A DNA stretch of 64,000 nucleotides from Balanoglossus misakiensis. Its lineage: Eukaryota; Animalia; Hemichordata. The DNA is taken from assembly GCA_040954595.2 (NCBI GenBank), contig CM082579.2:6127625-6191624 (forward strand). Reading direction: 5' to 3'. The notes below the pieces were generated by a model. The model had not been told where the DNA came from and ran no database searches. It saw only the letters and a program-made list of their open reading frames with translations. The position numbers and the translations under genes are program-made. Shown one piece after another: positions 1 to 13,732 of this stretch; within the stretch, counting starts at the first letter, position 1; each line of letters begins with the position of its first letter.

Positions 1-445
1 TGGTGTGGGAGGGGGTGTCCCCCTCCCGCATAAGAAAATTTTGTAAAATACAGTGCTCAAAGTTGCATTTTAATGAAGCAAAATAACTCAATGTTGGGGA
101 GGACCAATTTTACTTTTGCCACTCCACTAAAAGTAAGTATCGGTGGGGTGGGGTGGCAAGTAGTCTGCCCTGGTACACTAGACAAACCAGCCAATAAATG
201 AAATGTGGCGAAGAATGAAGGGGGTGGGTTTGGGGGTGTCCCCCTCCCACATTAGAAAATTTTGTAAAATAAAGGGCGCGAAACTGCAATTTTGTGGACT
301 CAAAAGCAAAAGTTCGGTGGCAAAAGTATGTGACCCCCCTAAACGTTTACAAAAAAAAGATGACTCCCCCTTTTGGACTTCAAAATTTAAGCGACCCCCC
401 TGGATTTTGCCGCCCCCCCCCCGGCCGTAAAAACTGAACGGTCCC
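1..445. mobile_element. Right end of a non-autonomous DNA transposon (PIF/Harbinger-like, tentative)
   Basis: Two internal copies of GGGGGTGTCCCCCTCCC…GAAAATTTTGTAAAATA (about 10-50 and 230-270), and a terminus …CCCCCCGGCCGTAAAAACTGAACGGTCCC followed by TAA. The left end lies outside the window. Confidence 0.5.
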
Positions 446-3400
446 TAACTGCCGCCTGAGCGCGCCTGACGTCATTCGAAGAATAGCATGTATAGTGTGC
501 ATAGATCCGCCCCCTCGCTCATTAACATTTAAACGAGTTGGCACACATTCATTTTTGGGGGGTGGTGGGTGGGTAAATACCCCAATGCTGGTAAGCCTTT
601 ACTTTTAAACAGATACATATAAGAAGTTTGAATATTTTATCTGTGACAGGTATCCACAGCGCAAATGATCCTTCCAGTTTCGGTGATAGAGTTTCCCTTT
701 CAGATCACTTGTGAAAATCTGAAACATTACGTAAATGTTGACCTGTAACCAGTTTCGCTCAGGATATCACTCCATCAATATTACCAGCTTTAATCCACCT
801 GTATCACATTCTTTTTGTACGGCCATTCATCGAAATTACTGTCTCATGAGGCGACTTCTACAGCAGGTCACAACTAGATCTGCTCGTCAACGATAATAAG
901 AAAATGTTCATATGCACGTCATACGAATCAACCACATTATAAAGCACCATTACTTCTCTTTACTCCACTTGGTGGAACACAATAGCTCGCTTAGTTTTTA
1001 CATGGGTGCGGCGATGTGCATCTGTTCACACGTCCTGAAATGAAAATGAAAGTTCAATATTCCACTTACCTACCTATCTATACCTATACATGTACCTGCA
1101 TGTATGTTCACATCCTGTAATAAATTAGATCGGTACAATGACAATTTTTGTTATTAATTTTGAAGTTGAGATTGATTGGTGATTTAATCATATCCTCCTT
1201 ATTCACCCATGTTAGCCAAGAGGCTGCCTTCAGCTTTCTGATTAAGTATATTTATTCATTGGATGACACCTCTATGTATCATTGAAAATTAATAGCGTGC
1301 ATATATCCTTTATGTGCAATTTCTCCACGCAGGTAATATATTTGAAATTAATGTATTGACCATGCAGTTACAGTTGCATACGAGGAACAGGGCCCAAAAT
1401 GGCACATGCGACTGTCGACAGTCTATCACTTTACCACTGACATCATGTATATCAAAACGTAGTTTTATATTTATTACAACATATGTAATGAAATACTTCA
1501 CTTTCATCGTCCACTTCAGTCCCATTATATATGCAACAGTAATACGCTGCAATCAACGTACACGTTGCAGCCATGTCTGAAAATTAAAAAACGAACGATG
1601 TATTATATGCAACCAAGTATGTTACTTGACAAATGGCAGCGATTTCACTGCATTGCACATTTTAAATAAACGATTATTTACCTTTATAATACATTTTACC
1701 CGATTTCTACAGCACCTACGACTTGATAGATCAGCGAGTTGAATGCGTGTTCAATGCAAAGCAATGAATAACTCACTGCAGCTTTATGCTTAAGGTAAAA
1801 TTGTATAGTACAAATATATTTTGAAACAATCTTCAGAAAATATCGTTCTGAGGGTCATATTTCTCTGATTGATGTATTATATATGTAAAGTGTATACGAC
1901 CTGTTGACAAGTGTTTACCGTATACATGTATATAGGGGAGCATAATGCTCAGATGCCATTTTCAGAAAGGGGGTTTCCGATCTATTTGTATAGGACACGT
2001 TTTCCTAAAGCATTAAATTTTGGCTAGGTTCCCCACTAGTTAATCGCAAAATGTTATCAGATAATTGTCAGCAAAGGATCCGAGCCCTGAGGTATTATAA
2101 CAGGGAAGTATATCTAAAAAGTTGTTTTCGTGTTTTTTGAGTCAGTATCCTATCTCACTATCTACAGCCAACACTCTGTTGCAGATAGTGATATTTGATT
2201 TATGCCATGCTCACTTGGCTGTCTCAGTTGTTTTACACGTGCAAACGATCCAGTATCAATGCCTTTGCTGCTTACTTCTTATAAAATATTATGTGTGTAT
2301 ACTAAAGAAGGACACCAAAAGTTCACTCTAGCCAGATTATCGAATGAATTAGAGATTTACAATGTTGGGATAATGTCGCAGTATTTTGCTGTGTATATCT
2401 TTGGTCACATTATCAATAGGAGATAAGTTACTGAAGTAGGCGTATCCAGGCACAGTCTTAAGTGTGGTGATTATTTTTAGTGTATGTTACAATGTAATTG
2501 TGTTTAAACTTTTACCATTTCGTTGGAAGCTGTAATTTTACTACTTGCATGATAAGAATTTACCGTACGCCTATTAAAACTATAATTATAATTATGCCGA
2601 CGCGCAAATAATTGAATGGACTTATCTCTGACACAATTTTATTTATATGAGCTTCACGTATGCTATAATACTTATTTTATCAAAATATTGATTATCACGT
2701 TCTTGCGACTGAATTCTGGAATGTAAAACTTTGTACCTCGTTATAACATTGGGAATTATCCGATCTATTTTGGTTTGTCCAGGGACCTACTTTATAGGAG
2801 ATAAACTTTTGAAACCGTGGGCGTACGGAAATTTGACACATATTTGTGCGACACCTTGTTCTCCTGGAAACAGCACGTCGGCCATTATGGTCGTACGCTA
2901 TTTCAGTCTATCGATCGAGCGTATGATATGTACCGTGTGTAAGACAAGATTAGTTACGGTGATGACAAAAACCTCGGAAAGTTTGTCAATGTAAGTTAAA
3001 TTCTGTGGCAATAATGAATGTTGATACTGTCAGCCCTGCGTAGTGCAACATGTTACATGCTACCTAAAACCATGGCCACGGTTTGTCCGATAGCATTCTA
3101 CATTCAAATTCGATTTCCTTCAGAAAAAAAAACTTTCCAGCGATTCCAAAAAGAACTGCTTGTTTTCTCTATCGAACAAATTATGATTGATCAGGGCATT
3201 TCTACTTAGTAATATTTGTTTTGAAAGGTCGAAATGGAAAGAATCGTGTTTAGAGCGATGACATAAAGGGACTTACCTGACATGAGTGTCCGTATACAGA
3301 AACATGTGCAAGTGATAAGCGAAGGGGGAGGCCCGGGATACTTTTATACGGAGGATGACGCCATTTAATTATTCATAAAGAATAACCTGCGTCATCACCT

Positions 3401-5062
3401 TCTAAGTGCTATAAACACGACACATCTCATCACTATGCAACTTTTCAGTGCATTCCAAAAATAGCTCGTGTGTTTTCCCCCATGATATCATCCAAAAATT
3501 TGCTGCTGGAAACATGCTATATTATCGCCATGTCCACATGATTCGTTAATTTTGAGCCCCTGAAGTAAATTACCAATGCATACCAAATGATTTATCTTTG
3601 TGTACTGAGACACGTGATTTGTTACCATGACAACATGACAGGTGTGCAGAAATGCCAATTTCTGCGGTAATTCCCAGGTCTGATGCAAGAGACAAATAAC
3701 TTGGAAACAGCGAACCACCGAAACTAGATGAGAACATAGAAAATACGGTAGCGCAAATTCTCATTTGCCAGCGAATCAAATATATGTACAAAAATATAGT
3801 CACGGTATTCATGTCCAAGAGCCGCCGTGAATAATAGGAAATTATTCTCCCAGGGGTTTGTTCAAAATGGTCCTCAGATAACATGCTTTGAGATTCTTTG
3901 CGTCATGCTCGTATGTTCATTATTTGTAGCTGCATTTTCTCTTTCGTAACCACATTTTATAAATAAAGCATGCAACTCACCTGCCAGTGACAGTGCTTTC
4001 ATGCCAGTGATCATGTCCACACACGTCTAGGTTAGACTGAAAGAAATCCGAATTTCTTATCCGCTTAGCTTACAAACATCACGGGTCAATCACAAGTAAA
4101 GGTGGATATATGATCAAGCGCTTCATCGCATCGCAGTTGAGATCAACTTCATAATTAATGGTTGCATCACGTGATAACGGCATGATATCGGCCTTGGGTA
4201 GCAATAATACATACCTTATCAATCCTATGCTGTTGCACTTACCTTTAAGTCCACACAGAACACTGGGTTTCTATCGCTTCTTTTACGTAAGTATACGTAG
4301 GAGAGGTAGAATTTAAGAGAAATATCTAAAAAGTAATAGCAAAAGTTATGAAACAGATCGCCTTGTGACGTTACATTCTCGAGAAATTAAGTGAATGAGC
4401 AACAGTTATGCTGTTGAATGATTGCTCATTTCTCAACAGAGCCCATGTGTGCACAATGGTCGATCACTACACACACATGATTTGTTGACAAGCAGAAAAC
4501 TGTTTTTTTTTTATTCTATGGGGAGAACAAGAAAACGTGTAGTTGATACACAAAACCAAAATACTGAAAAAAGTCAGAAGTTACAGAGAGAATCATGGCA
4601 AAGTATGAAATTTTACAACGTACTTTCCGCTGTAAGATGTCTCTTTATATCACAAAGTGGATCTACCAGATTTAATGATGGTATGAAGACCAAACTTATT
4701 GAATGCATATACTTACCGGCACACATTGTTGCAAATTATTATTATTAGTGTTCTTTCTATTAAATTTTGCCTAAGAGCGGAAAAGTTGGGAACGTGAACT
4801 TGGCGCTGTTCAATCTGGTCGAGTCGAAGTGAAACATTATTGTTCAGTAACATGCATATATGCTGTACTGAATGATCTGGCATCACTATAATATTGTGGA
4901 TATTGGGACTTGAGCGCACCTGGCCTTTCCAAGACAGCTCTACATACGAAACTGGCGAATTCTCTGACATTGTCCGCCTCGCTCGTCTATACTAACGGGG
5001 TGACAAGGCAGACATACTATACTAGGTCTTTCAACAATGATCTCAGTTTCAACGTTGTCGTA

Positions 5063-5278
5063 GGGTATTCCCCCCATCAGCGTAAATCCCCCATATTTCG
5101 ACACACGTGCACATGTTTCTCGATATCATGCCATGGGTGGGTGGTTGTAAATTGGAAGCTAGATTAGAAGTGAATTGAAGTGGCAATTCGCCCGAACCCG
5201 TACGCTCGGAAATCCCCACTGTTACAATGGTCTATATCTGGGCATATGTGTTAATGGGGAATTCAGAAGGGAAATTCC
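5063..5278. promoter_or_regulatory. Cluster of NF-kB-like sites
   Basis: GGGTATTCCC 5063-5072, GGAAATCCCC 5208-5217, GGGGAATTCA 5256-5265 and GGGAAATTCC 5269-5278. Confidence 0.4.
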
Positions 5279-7601
5279 AAAGATACTGCGCATGCGTGTG
5301 ACCAAGTCAGCTTGAAATGAACCCCAGATTATTGCGAAATGTGAAACGATTCCGTTGAAAAAGAAACGACACAACTGTGGTAGCGTTCAGAGCAAAAGTA
5401 TGCGAGGTTTGTGCGTGTCGATTTTTGACCGATCTGAACCGAGTAGACTTTTTTTCATGAAGCAGCAGCCACCGTTGCAAGGTCAACGAGGTCATACTGA
5501 TACTCAAGTATATGTACAAATGTACTCTGGTCCCAAGGTCACGCTACCCGACTACTCGGTTTTATCGACAATCACGCGTGAGTTAGAAATTCCAATTTCT
5601 GTGTTTTTTAAGCTTTCGACGGTTTGCTTGCCGAGTATTCGTAAATTGTTTTTACGCATTTGTGTTAATAATTGTTTGATGCACTTATTCATACAACAAT
5701 TTACTGCCTCTTTACAATGAATTCAACATTTTAAGAACGCTTGATTTGGCTCCGGTGCTGACCGAGTGACACATCTTTGTCATCATTAGAAATACGCCCT
5801 TTGTACATGCTAAAGCTCTTACTGCGTTGTGCTAATCTGAATTTCTGTGGCATCGTCTCAGTTTCATATTGCACTATTTTGCATAATAATGTGTTTTGTA
5901 TCAAATATCGAATATATCTCTCTGGTAATTAATTAATGACCCTTCGTTTGTTTTCAAGTACATTATTGCAGAAGGAATCCATGCACCTGACTATCGATTC
6001 GTTGCCGATTCACCGCATTGAATGATCGTTTGCCGTTATGCAATAGCAATGCAGAAAGTGTTCAACGCTACCGACAAAAAGCTTCTCTCAACTTAACTAT
6101 GATGGAATCGAATATTAACCTGGCAAATCTGTTGGAAGGAAGCTTACCTTTCTTTTTTTGTTGCACGCGTGCAAGTCTTCTGTTTTTCTTCGTATTTTGA
6201 GATATGAGTGTAACGATCTGCTCATCTTCTCCATGCCTCCCATCTCTTGAAAATGACACCTTATTTCAGCTTTGAGTGACCATTTATACAGTTAGTAGCG
6301 TCAACATCCCCGCCAATCAAACAAATGGACCAATGGATGGGTCGATTCCCGCCTATAAACATGGTCAAGGAAAGGACGTTTACCTTCACCATCGGTTTAT
6401 AAATAGTATCTTTCGGATGATAACGGCACGCTTAGCCTCATACTTTTTTTCTATCCGAACTGACATACACTATTCATTAGGTAGGTCTATCTGCACAAAC
6501 GTATTCTCAGATTGATAGAGCCGGTCATCAGAGTCGATGAGTTAAAGAATATTGCAACTTTTTGGTGATATTACTCTCTTTCACTACACACTCGTGGAAT
6601 GAATTTTTTCTGAGCTTACCAGATTCTGTTCCAATCAGAGTAGAACTGGTAGAGATGGACATGCATCACATGTTGCATGTTACAAGGCTAAGTACATGTA
6701 GATGAGAACTATCTTACCGAGTATTTCATGATCCAGCTTGACGTCTGATCCGTCGTCCTCCGATTTTCTCAGAGGGTGTATGCTGCGTTACGTCTTCGTG
6801 TCTGGACGCCGATTAAATTTTCCCGGCGGTCCTTTCTTTGCTTGTTACTTGATATAAAACTGCATGAAAGTTCGCTTCACCCCGTTATTGTCTGAATGCC
6901 ATATGACCAGTAACAGCTGCTCTTTTGTACTCCTTGATGAAGTCAGCAATCGGTTCTCTTCATTGTTCTTCGGGAGTTTACCTATTTAGCGAGAAACATG
7001 GATTTGGCGTGTGTGCATATTACCTCAACAAACAAAAATCCAACAATTTCTCATGGTTACGGTAATTCACCCAAACAGTTGGCGTGCTTATACATAACGG
7101 CGCGTATATACCCGGAGAAAACATCCAATGGGGACGAAGTGAGTCGTTTTGATAGGTGATACTTACATCTTAATTATCCTACATATCGATATTCTAGCCT
7201 AACGCCCTTCCCTCTGCCAGATTTGTTCTCTCTTCCTCCATCACGCCGGACGTCGTTTTCCAGTCTGCTTTCTTTGTTACTAGCAAGAGACCGCGCCAGA
7301 ATGTCAACGCGTGACTTTGCATACCACGCCCATGTCTTGACTCCGAACACCAGGGGCCTGGTCTAAACTGAACGTTTCGTGTCATTATCCGCGCTAACTT
7401 TATATACAGTGAATATATACACTTTGAATTTCCCCTGGGTATTTACCTTCGACTCTGTCCAGTTTGACGCAACGTTCCAAAACGTCTCCGTTTGGTGGTA
7501 TCCGCTAATCAGAGACTGATGATGCCAATGAGGATCGCGAGACATTCCACGTGGAAAGGGAAGACATCGTGACGCGCCTCGCATTTACCAGTACAAAACG
7601 T

Positions 7602-7620
7602 CCAATGAGATTCCACCACG
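7602..7620 (+). promoter_or_regulatory. ER-stress response element consensus CCAAT-N9-CCACG
   Basis: CCAAT gagattcca CCACG is an exact match, in a region with further CCAAT boxes and CACGTG E-boxes. Function untested. Confidence 0.45.
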
Positions 7621-8049
7621 TGTCACTTGCGCCTCCGTCAGGTGAACGCAGCTGCTTGATTGGACAAATTTACATCACGATCGACCTTGAAATGTCATTT
7701 TTTTCCTGTGATCTTTAGTGTTCATTATGCCGTTATCATCTTATTTACATCTTGGGAAATCATTGAATCATATAAGAGATGAAGTTTTGAACATGGAACA
7801 GATCACGTACCCAAATCACGCATTACAATGCCTTGATTATCGATGGGAAACCATTGTTGGGAATATATGTGGGCATTTTCCCGTAACACCTTTACGTGTA
7901 TATTGGTGAACACTCTTCTGCGTTCATCCATGGGTGCAGCTGGGTCGCGGGCGACAGTTTTATCAATGGTAAGCGATAGACCTGCCGGGGAAGCGAAATG
8001 GTTAATTTTGGAGAGTTGGGGATGGTACAAAAGTTCCTACTTGATACCC

Positions 8050-8052
<3 letters not shown>

Positions 8053-8095
<43 letters not shown>

Positions 8096-8114
8096 CCTCT
8101 CTCTCTCTCTCTCT
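8053..8114. repeat. (CT)n microsatellite
   Basis: Seen directly. Confidence 0.95.
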
Positions 8115-8787
8115 TTGTGATGCGGTCTGGAATCGCGATCGGCGGGAAGAGTGACTGACCAATCACAGACTACTTTTCAAGGCCATTTTACTTGCGGGCC
8201 AGTCCCCGGGACGTACGTTGCGTCAATTCTGGGCTACATGCCAAGCACTACTGCGTGCAAATCGATTCTCTTTATTGGAATGTCCCAGGTGAAGCCCCCT
8301 CGCTGTTTTGGTGGCACATCATTGAGGTCACTCCTATTTTCACAGAGTTTTGCAACGTTCTATTGTCTATGCAATTTGCATACAGCTCAGGTGTTCCAAA
8401 CTTTTGGATGCGAACAGAAGAGGTTGGACCTGCGGAGCAAAGTTCCTGATGCGTGATAAGCCTGGTCATCACGTGACGTGAACTTTACTCAACGGAGTGA
8501 CGTCAAGGACGACAAAAACCATTGTAAGCGTTCGTGCTAAACAGTATAGTAGACCTAACGCATAATAATGATGAAGCGACGAACCGGTATGGTGCGTCTG
8601 TAATACAGAATAAAACTATGCCCATGAATTCAAGAGCTTTTGGCTAATTGGCTGGTCCAAGAAACACGCAGAATAATGACAGTAGCCGCGTTGTGGTGGT
8701 GACAGGTGCCCCGGATGGGGAAGCACAACATACTGGAATGCTATACTATGGAAAGCCACAGCTGTCTTAAGTCCATTGTTACCATTA

Positions 8788-9112
8788 TATGATGCCCATA
8801 CATCATTATACGACGCTCATACATCTTTATACAATGTGTATACATCATTATACGCTGCTTGTGCAACGTTATACGATGTGAATACATCATTATACATTGC
8901 CCATACATCATTATACGACGCTCATACATCTTTATACAATGTGCATACATCATTATACGCTGCTTGTGCATCGTTATACGCTGTGAATACATCATTATAC
9001 ATTGCCCATACATCATTATACGCTGCCCATACATCTTTATACAATGTGTATACAGCATTATACGCTGTGCATACATCATTATACGCTGTGCCTACATCAT
9101 TATACGTCGCTC
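8788..9112 (+). repeat. 21-bp minisatellite (consensus ~CATACATCATTATACGACGCT) in the left arm
   Basis: About 15 degenerate tandem units; these generate the HTSLY/YIII/HHYT ORFs. Confidence 0.92.
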
Positions 9113-9228
9113 ATTCACCATGATACTATGCCCGTTCAACATACGGTGCGCGTTTGGCTTTATACTATGCAGACATGTCATTATGATATGCTATGCCTAA
9201 CCGCAATTCCGTCAAAGAGGGCGCACTT

Positions 9229-10856
9229 TTCGGGTTTTTCTTTCTTTATTCTCCTGTCAATCTTCGGCCAACTAGATCTCTGAAACTACTGCAGGTACAC
9301 TTCTCAAACTTGCAACAGTGGTCAAGGTCAATGAGTAGATGTGCAGTGGCTTGTGAATATTTAATTAGTCACGTGACCTGGCGGCCTTATTGGATTTCGT
9401 GAAAAAATGCAAATCTCAGATCTCAGAAACTACAAGTCTGATCACCTTTAAATTTGGCGTGCAGGTAGACTACCTTTTGTCCATCATTTTTTGTAATTGG
9501 AAATTATGCTGTCAAAGTTGCAGGTTTTTTGCTACAATTGTTTTTTCTGAAAAACTACTTAAAAATCTTCTCCTCCAGAACCAGCGATTGCCGAGTCACG
9601 GGATTCGGGGTATGTGGTCACCTAACCTATGTCTATATAGTATGCGAAGCGCACTGTGATTGGTCTATCGTTATGGCGGCCATATTGGATTTTCGGAAAA
9701 CCATTGAAAAATGAAAATTCCGTTTTGTAGCCAAAATGATGACAGCATGGAAAATCTTTTTGTGGATATGAGTCATCATATGACCGGAACTTGTCACAAT
9801 TATTATTATTATTATTATTTTTTTTTTTTTTTGGGGGGGGGGTCCAATTTTCCCATGACCTTTGACCCAGTCTTAAAACAACTAATTATATATGCATATG
9901 CCTTGTACCTCCTCTTGCAACAGCACCACAGTCATGAAATTTGTGGACATGGGTACCACTGCTACCAGGACATGACACAAATATTTTGGGAATTTTAGCA
10001 ATGACCTTTGACCTATTTCTGAAACATCATTTTTCTGCATATCTTATTCCAGGCTAACCAATAGGGCTAGAGGTCGTGTGTTTGTTGGACATGGTCCACT
10101 ATGGGGTCAACATTTTATGCCCAAATTTTGGGTGACCTTGGGTGACCTTTGATCTAATTTCCCATATCTCAGCAGCCGCAGCAGTTAGAGCCCTGGCTTT
10201 TGGGGGGATTGAGCACAATGGAGTCTTACACAAGACTTCATTAATTATGTGCATACCTAATTCTAGGCGAACCAATAGGGCTACGGGTCTGGTTTTTGTT
10301 GGACGCAGACTAGTATGAGGTCCAATATTTTTGCGCAAATATGGGGTGACCTCAGGTGACTTTTGACTTACTTTCCCCATTCTCGCCCCACCAGACTACG
10401 GATTTCTTTCGTTTCACTATCGAAATCACGTACTCTGGTTAAAATGGAGTACCGCGCTGGTATTTGAACATATTGGTAATGCATATTCATGAGATGACAT
10501 CATTATAATCTGGCCAATCAAAGCCCGTCTCTCGAGGAGAGCTGGGACAATAGCACTTCCACACTGGAAGCCGCCATGTTGTTTAGAATGAGATGTAATG
10601 AGATGCGTGAATGGGATGTAACAAGCAATCTGATTGGTTGTTGGGTGTACTATGAAAGCGCCTAGTCCAAATACTGAATACATGGCCGTATTATACCACG
10701 TCCTTTTTGGGGGGAGCAGAGCGCTGCCGTAAAAGGGCCGTGGTTTGCGACGATGACTTTCCCATATCTTGGTATCCACAGCAGATACAGCCTTGGCATT
10801 TGCTGGTTACCATGGGAACCGCTTGTGCCCCGCCAACGCTGCTTGCAGCTTTAATT
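9229..10856. mobile_element. Interspersed repeat inside the foldback element; Helentron/HINE-like non-autonomous element (tentative)
   Basis: Recurrent TGACCTTTGACC / GGCGGCCATATTGGATTT motifs and a terminus …CCCCGCCAACGCTGCTTGCAGCTTTAATT, typical of a widespread non-coding repeat class in aquatic animals. Classification is by pattern recall only. Confidence 0.45.
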
Positions 10857-11335
10857 TAATCTGTACTTGTTATGTATGACATTTTTCTCACCCAAAAAAT
10901 GTTTATTCAAGCCGAAAATTTCAAAATTATATCTTTTTATCTTTTTACCATCGAAGTATGTTTCTCGATGATAAAATATGTATTAAACAATTTCTGATGT
11001 GCAAAAACTGTGATTTGGTGCCAAAAATATCATACATAACATGTCGAAAGAGTTTGATCAAATATATTCATATTTTTACAGAGTTATAAAAACTTATTTT
11101 CATACTCGTACTGCAGATGCCAAACCGCGATGGTCGCCCGAAAATGCTTAACTACATGTACTTTCAGTCTCTCGAAACCAAAACCGAATCCAAGTCTTAC
11201 TTCAGTACCGTCATGTGTATAAGTGCGCCCTCTTTGACGGAATTGGGGTTAGGAATAGCATATCATAATGACATGTCGGCATAGTATAAAGCCAAACGCG
11301 CACCGTATGTTGAATGGGCATAGTATCATGGTGAA

Positions 11336-11790
11336 TGAGCGACGCATAATGATGTATGCACAGCGTATAATGATGCACAAGCAGCGTATAATGATGTATA
11401 AGCGTCGTATAATGATGCATAAGCGTCGTATAATTCTGTATGGGCAGCGTATAATGATGTATCCACAGCGTATAGTGATGCACAAGCAGCGTATAATGAT
11501 GTATGCACATCGTATAATGATATATGCACATTGTATAATGATGTATACACATTGTATAAAGATGTATGAGCGTCGTATAATGATGTATGCACATTGTATA
11601 ATGATGTATGCATATCGTATAATGATGTATGCACATTGTATAATGATATATGCACATTGTATAATGATGTATGCACATTGTATTATGATGTACGAGTGTC
11701 GTATAATGATGTACGAGCAGGGTATAATGATGTATGAGCGTCGTATAATGATGTATGGGCAGTGTATAATGATGTATGCAGAGCATATAA
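11336..11790 (-). repeat. 21-bp minisatellite, inverted copy in the right arm
   Basis: About 21 units of GTATAATGATGTATG…, the reverse complement of the 8788-9112 array. Confidence 0.92.
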
Positions 11791-13732
11791 TGGTAACAAT
11801 GGACTTAAGACAGCTGTGGCTTTCCATACTATACACCCCTCTAGGTTCTCCAACAGTGACAAATATCACAACTGTCCTGGTTAGCAACTCCTCAAAACAA
11901 ACCAGCAAACGTTGGAAGGGATCCCAAACAGTCCGACCCGTAAGGCGTAATGGGTCCGTTTGCCATTAGGTTTCTATGCATAGTGACCTTTCTCGTCGGT
12001 TTCAACATAAGATATCTATTCATTGGCAAAAAGCCATTTTTAGCGTCGACAGACAACGAGACAAGTTCCCATTCTGTTATGCTGCAAGTTATCATGTTCC
12101 CCGACGACGGGCACATACATGTATATGTAAAAGTGAACATTTGAAGTGTATTTGTGGAATCAATTACTAGTAATTTTGTCCAAGATCTGGATACCTTTTG
12201 AGCACACGTACAAAATATTGAACACAACTCTCGCAAGCAGGTTCGTCCAGCTTGTATGTTGACGTGCTGATTTCCGAGTCAGACCGGCTTTTTTCTCAGA
12301 TTACGTGATTACGGTCTATGATGTATGGTTCTGGTGGTTGTGAAGTTAACAGGGACTTTAAAACAGTTTAGTTTGTTTACGGTTTCTGGCGACGGCCGTT
12401 GTGATGGTCACAGGTAAGGAATGTGGTGTCGTGACACAGTCTAGTATAGCTCTTTGATTGGCATATACCTGTACTTTGATTAGACACGTCGATCGACAGA
12501 GGTAGCTGTACCGCGAATCGCGTTAAATTGGCGTTGTATGTAATCTGCTATTCTTTATATGGAGGCCTACATCGGCCGCATGAGGCCAATTACAATCACA
12601 ATCGCAATCGCACATATTTCACGGAATGGGGGGGGGGACTGTTTACCACATATTGTGACGTCAGTCTTCTTTGTGACCTCAAATTAAACAATCTTTCATG
12701 CTCTTATTCTTCTGTCTTAGTATTCTTGTTATGCATGTAGTGTGACCCAACAGTAGGCAAATCAATCACCGAAACTTTCTTTAAAATCATTATAGAAAGA
12801 CGACATGGCAACGTCTGCAAACAGAACTTTATTCACCATTTGTATGATTGCTCCAAACATTTTCAGGTACATGGGCTGTAACTTCACGTCAAAGTTTGAG
12901 CGATGAGATGCAGGCATTGAAACATTGTCTAAATGTATAAGGCATCTCAGTGTTTTACAAAGACAACATCTAGTTTTGGTGTTCATTCACCCTCAAGCAT
13001 AATATGATAGACATGTATGTCCAAACTCACAAGTTGAACAGTGACGGGCATACTTTCGGTGACAGTCATAACATTCTGGACTTCGAAAGCTGACACCGAG
13101 CAACACCAGCTTCGTCATGACTTATAAATTTTGTGCAGAACGCATCGATCACAAGTATTTCACCTGTCAAGTTGACAGTAGTCACTGCCATTAATTTGTG
13201 AAGTTGTTTCGGCCTAACATAATATCAAAGCTATCTTAGGGTGATCTTTGCCAGAGCGCTTTTTAAGTACTACAGGCAAAACAACTAAAAACGTGCATGA
13301 TGTCATTTAAAAACAATTCAACTCAAACCGTGCCAAGCTCAGTACCTTCATGTAGTGATCAGAGCTTTTTTCGATGACAATTGAAATGCCATTGTGTCAA
13401 ATTTTACAACCAAGAAGGTCATACATACGATAAGTAGGTGTATTCTGTGACAGTAAAGCTGTGGTTCTCTGGTTAACTATTGGCATTGCGTATAATAGAT
13501 GATTTCCCGCCAATTTCGAGATCTCGCGAGGGTTGGTCAATTACAGTAGCGACGGGCTGCTTCCCAAGCAATACAAATCAAGCTTTCTGGAATAGGTACG
13601 TAATTGTAGCTTTGTATCGTTTACCACGATGGGTCATGTGTTGCTTGGCCTGTGTCAAATGGGAATGTCTACCCACGCGAGATCTCGTGGAGTGGGAAAT
13701 GGTCAATTGCCAATGATCTAGTCCTAAGGATT

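Larger units (their letters stand above)
8747..11828. mobile_element. Non-autonomous foldback DNA transposon with long inverted arms containing 21-bp tandem arrays; termini and TSD fit IS3EU
   Basis: Left arm 8747-9228 and right arm 11221-11828 are reverse complements (TATGGAAAGCCACAGCTGTCTTAAGTCCATTGTTACCATTATATG…). A 6-bp TSD CTATAC sits at 8741-8746 and 11829-11834. TAY..RTA termini with a 6-bp TSD are characteristic of the IS3EU superfamily. No transposase ORF inside. Confidence 0.85.

Noticed and set aside
649-1040. Possible PKD-domain-like coding fragments on the plus strand (GYHSINITSFNP…)
   Set aside because: Too short and interrupted by stops; the resemblance could be chance.
8741-11969. 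Long ORFs with HTSLY / YIIIRC / IMMY / HHYT periodicity; also a superficial CRISPR-like look
   Set aside because: They are translations of a 21-bp tandem array that is open in several frames. There are no unique spacers and no cas genes, the context is eukaryotic, and the arrays lie inside transposon arms.
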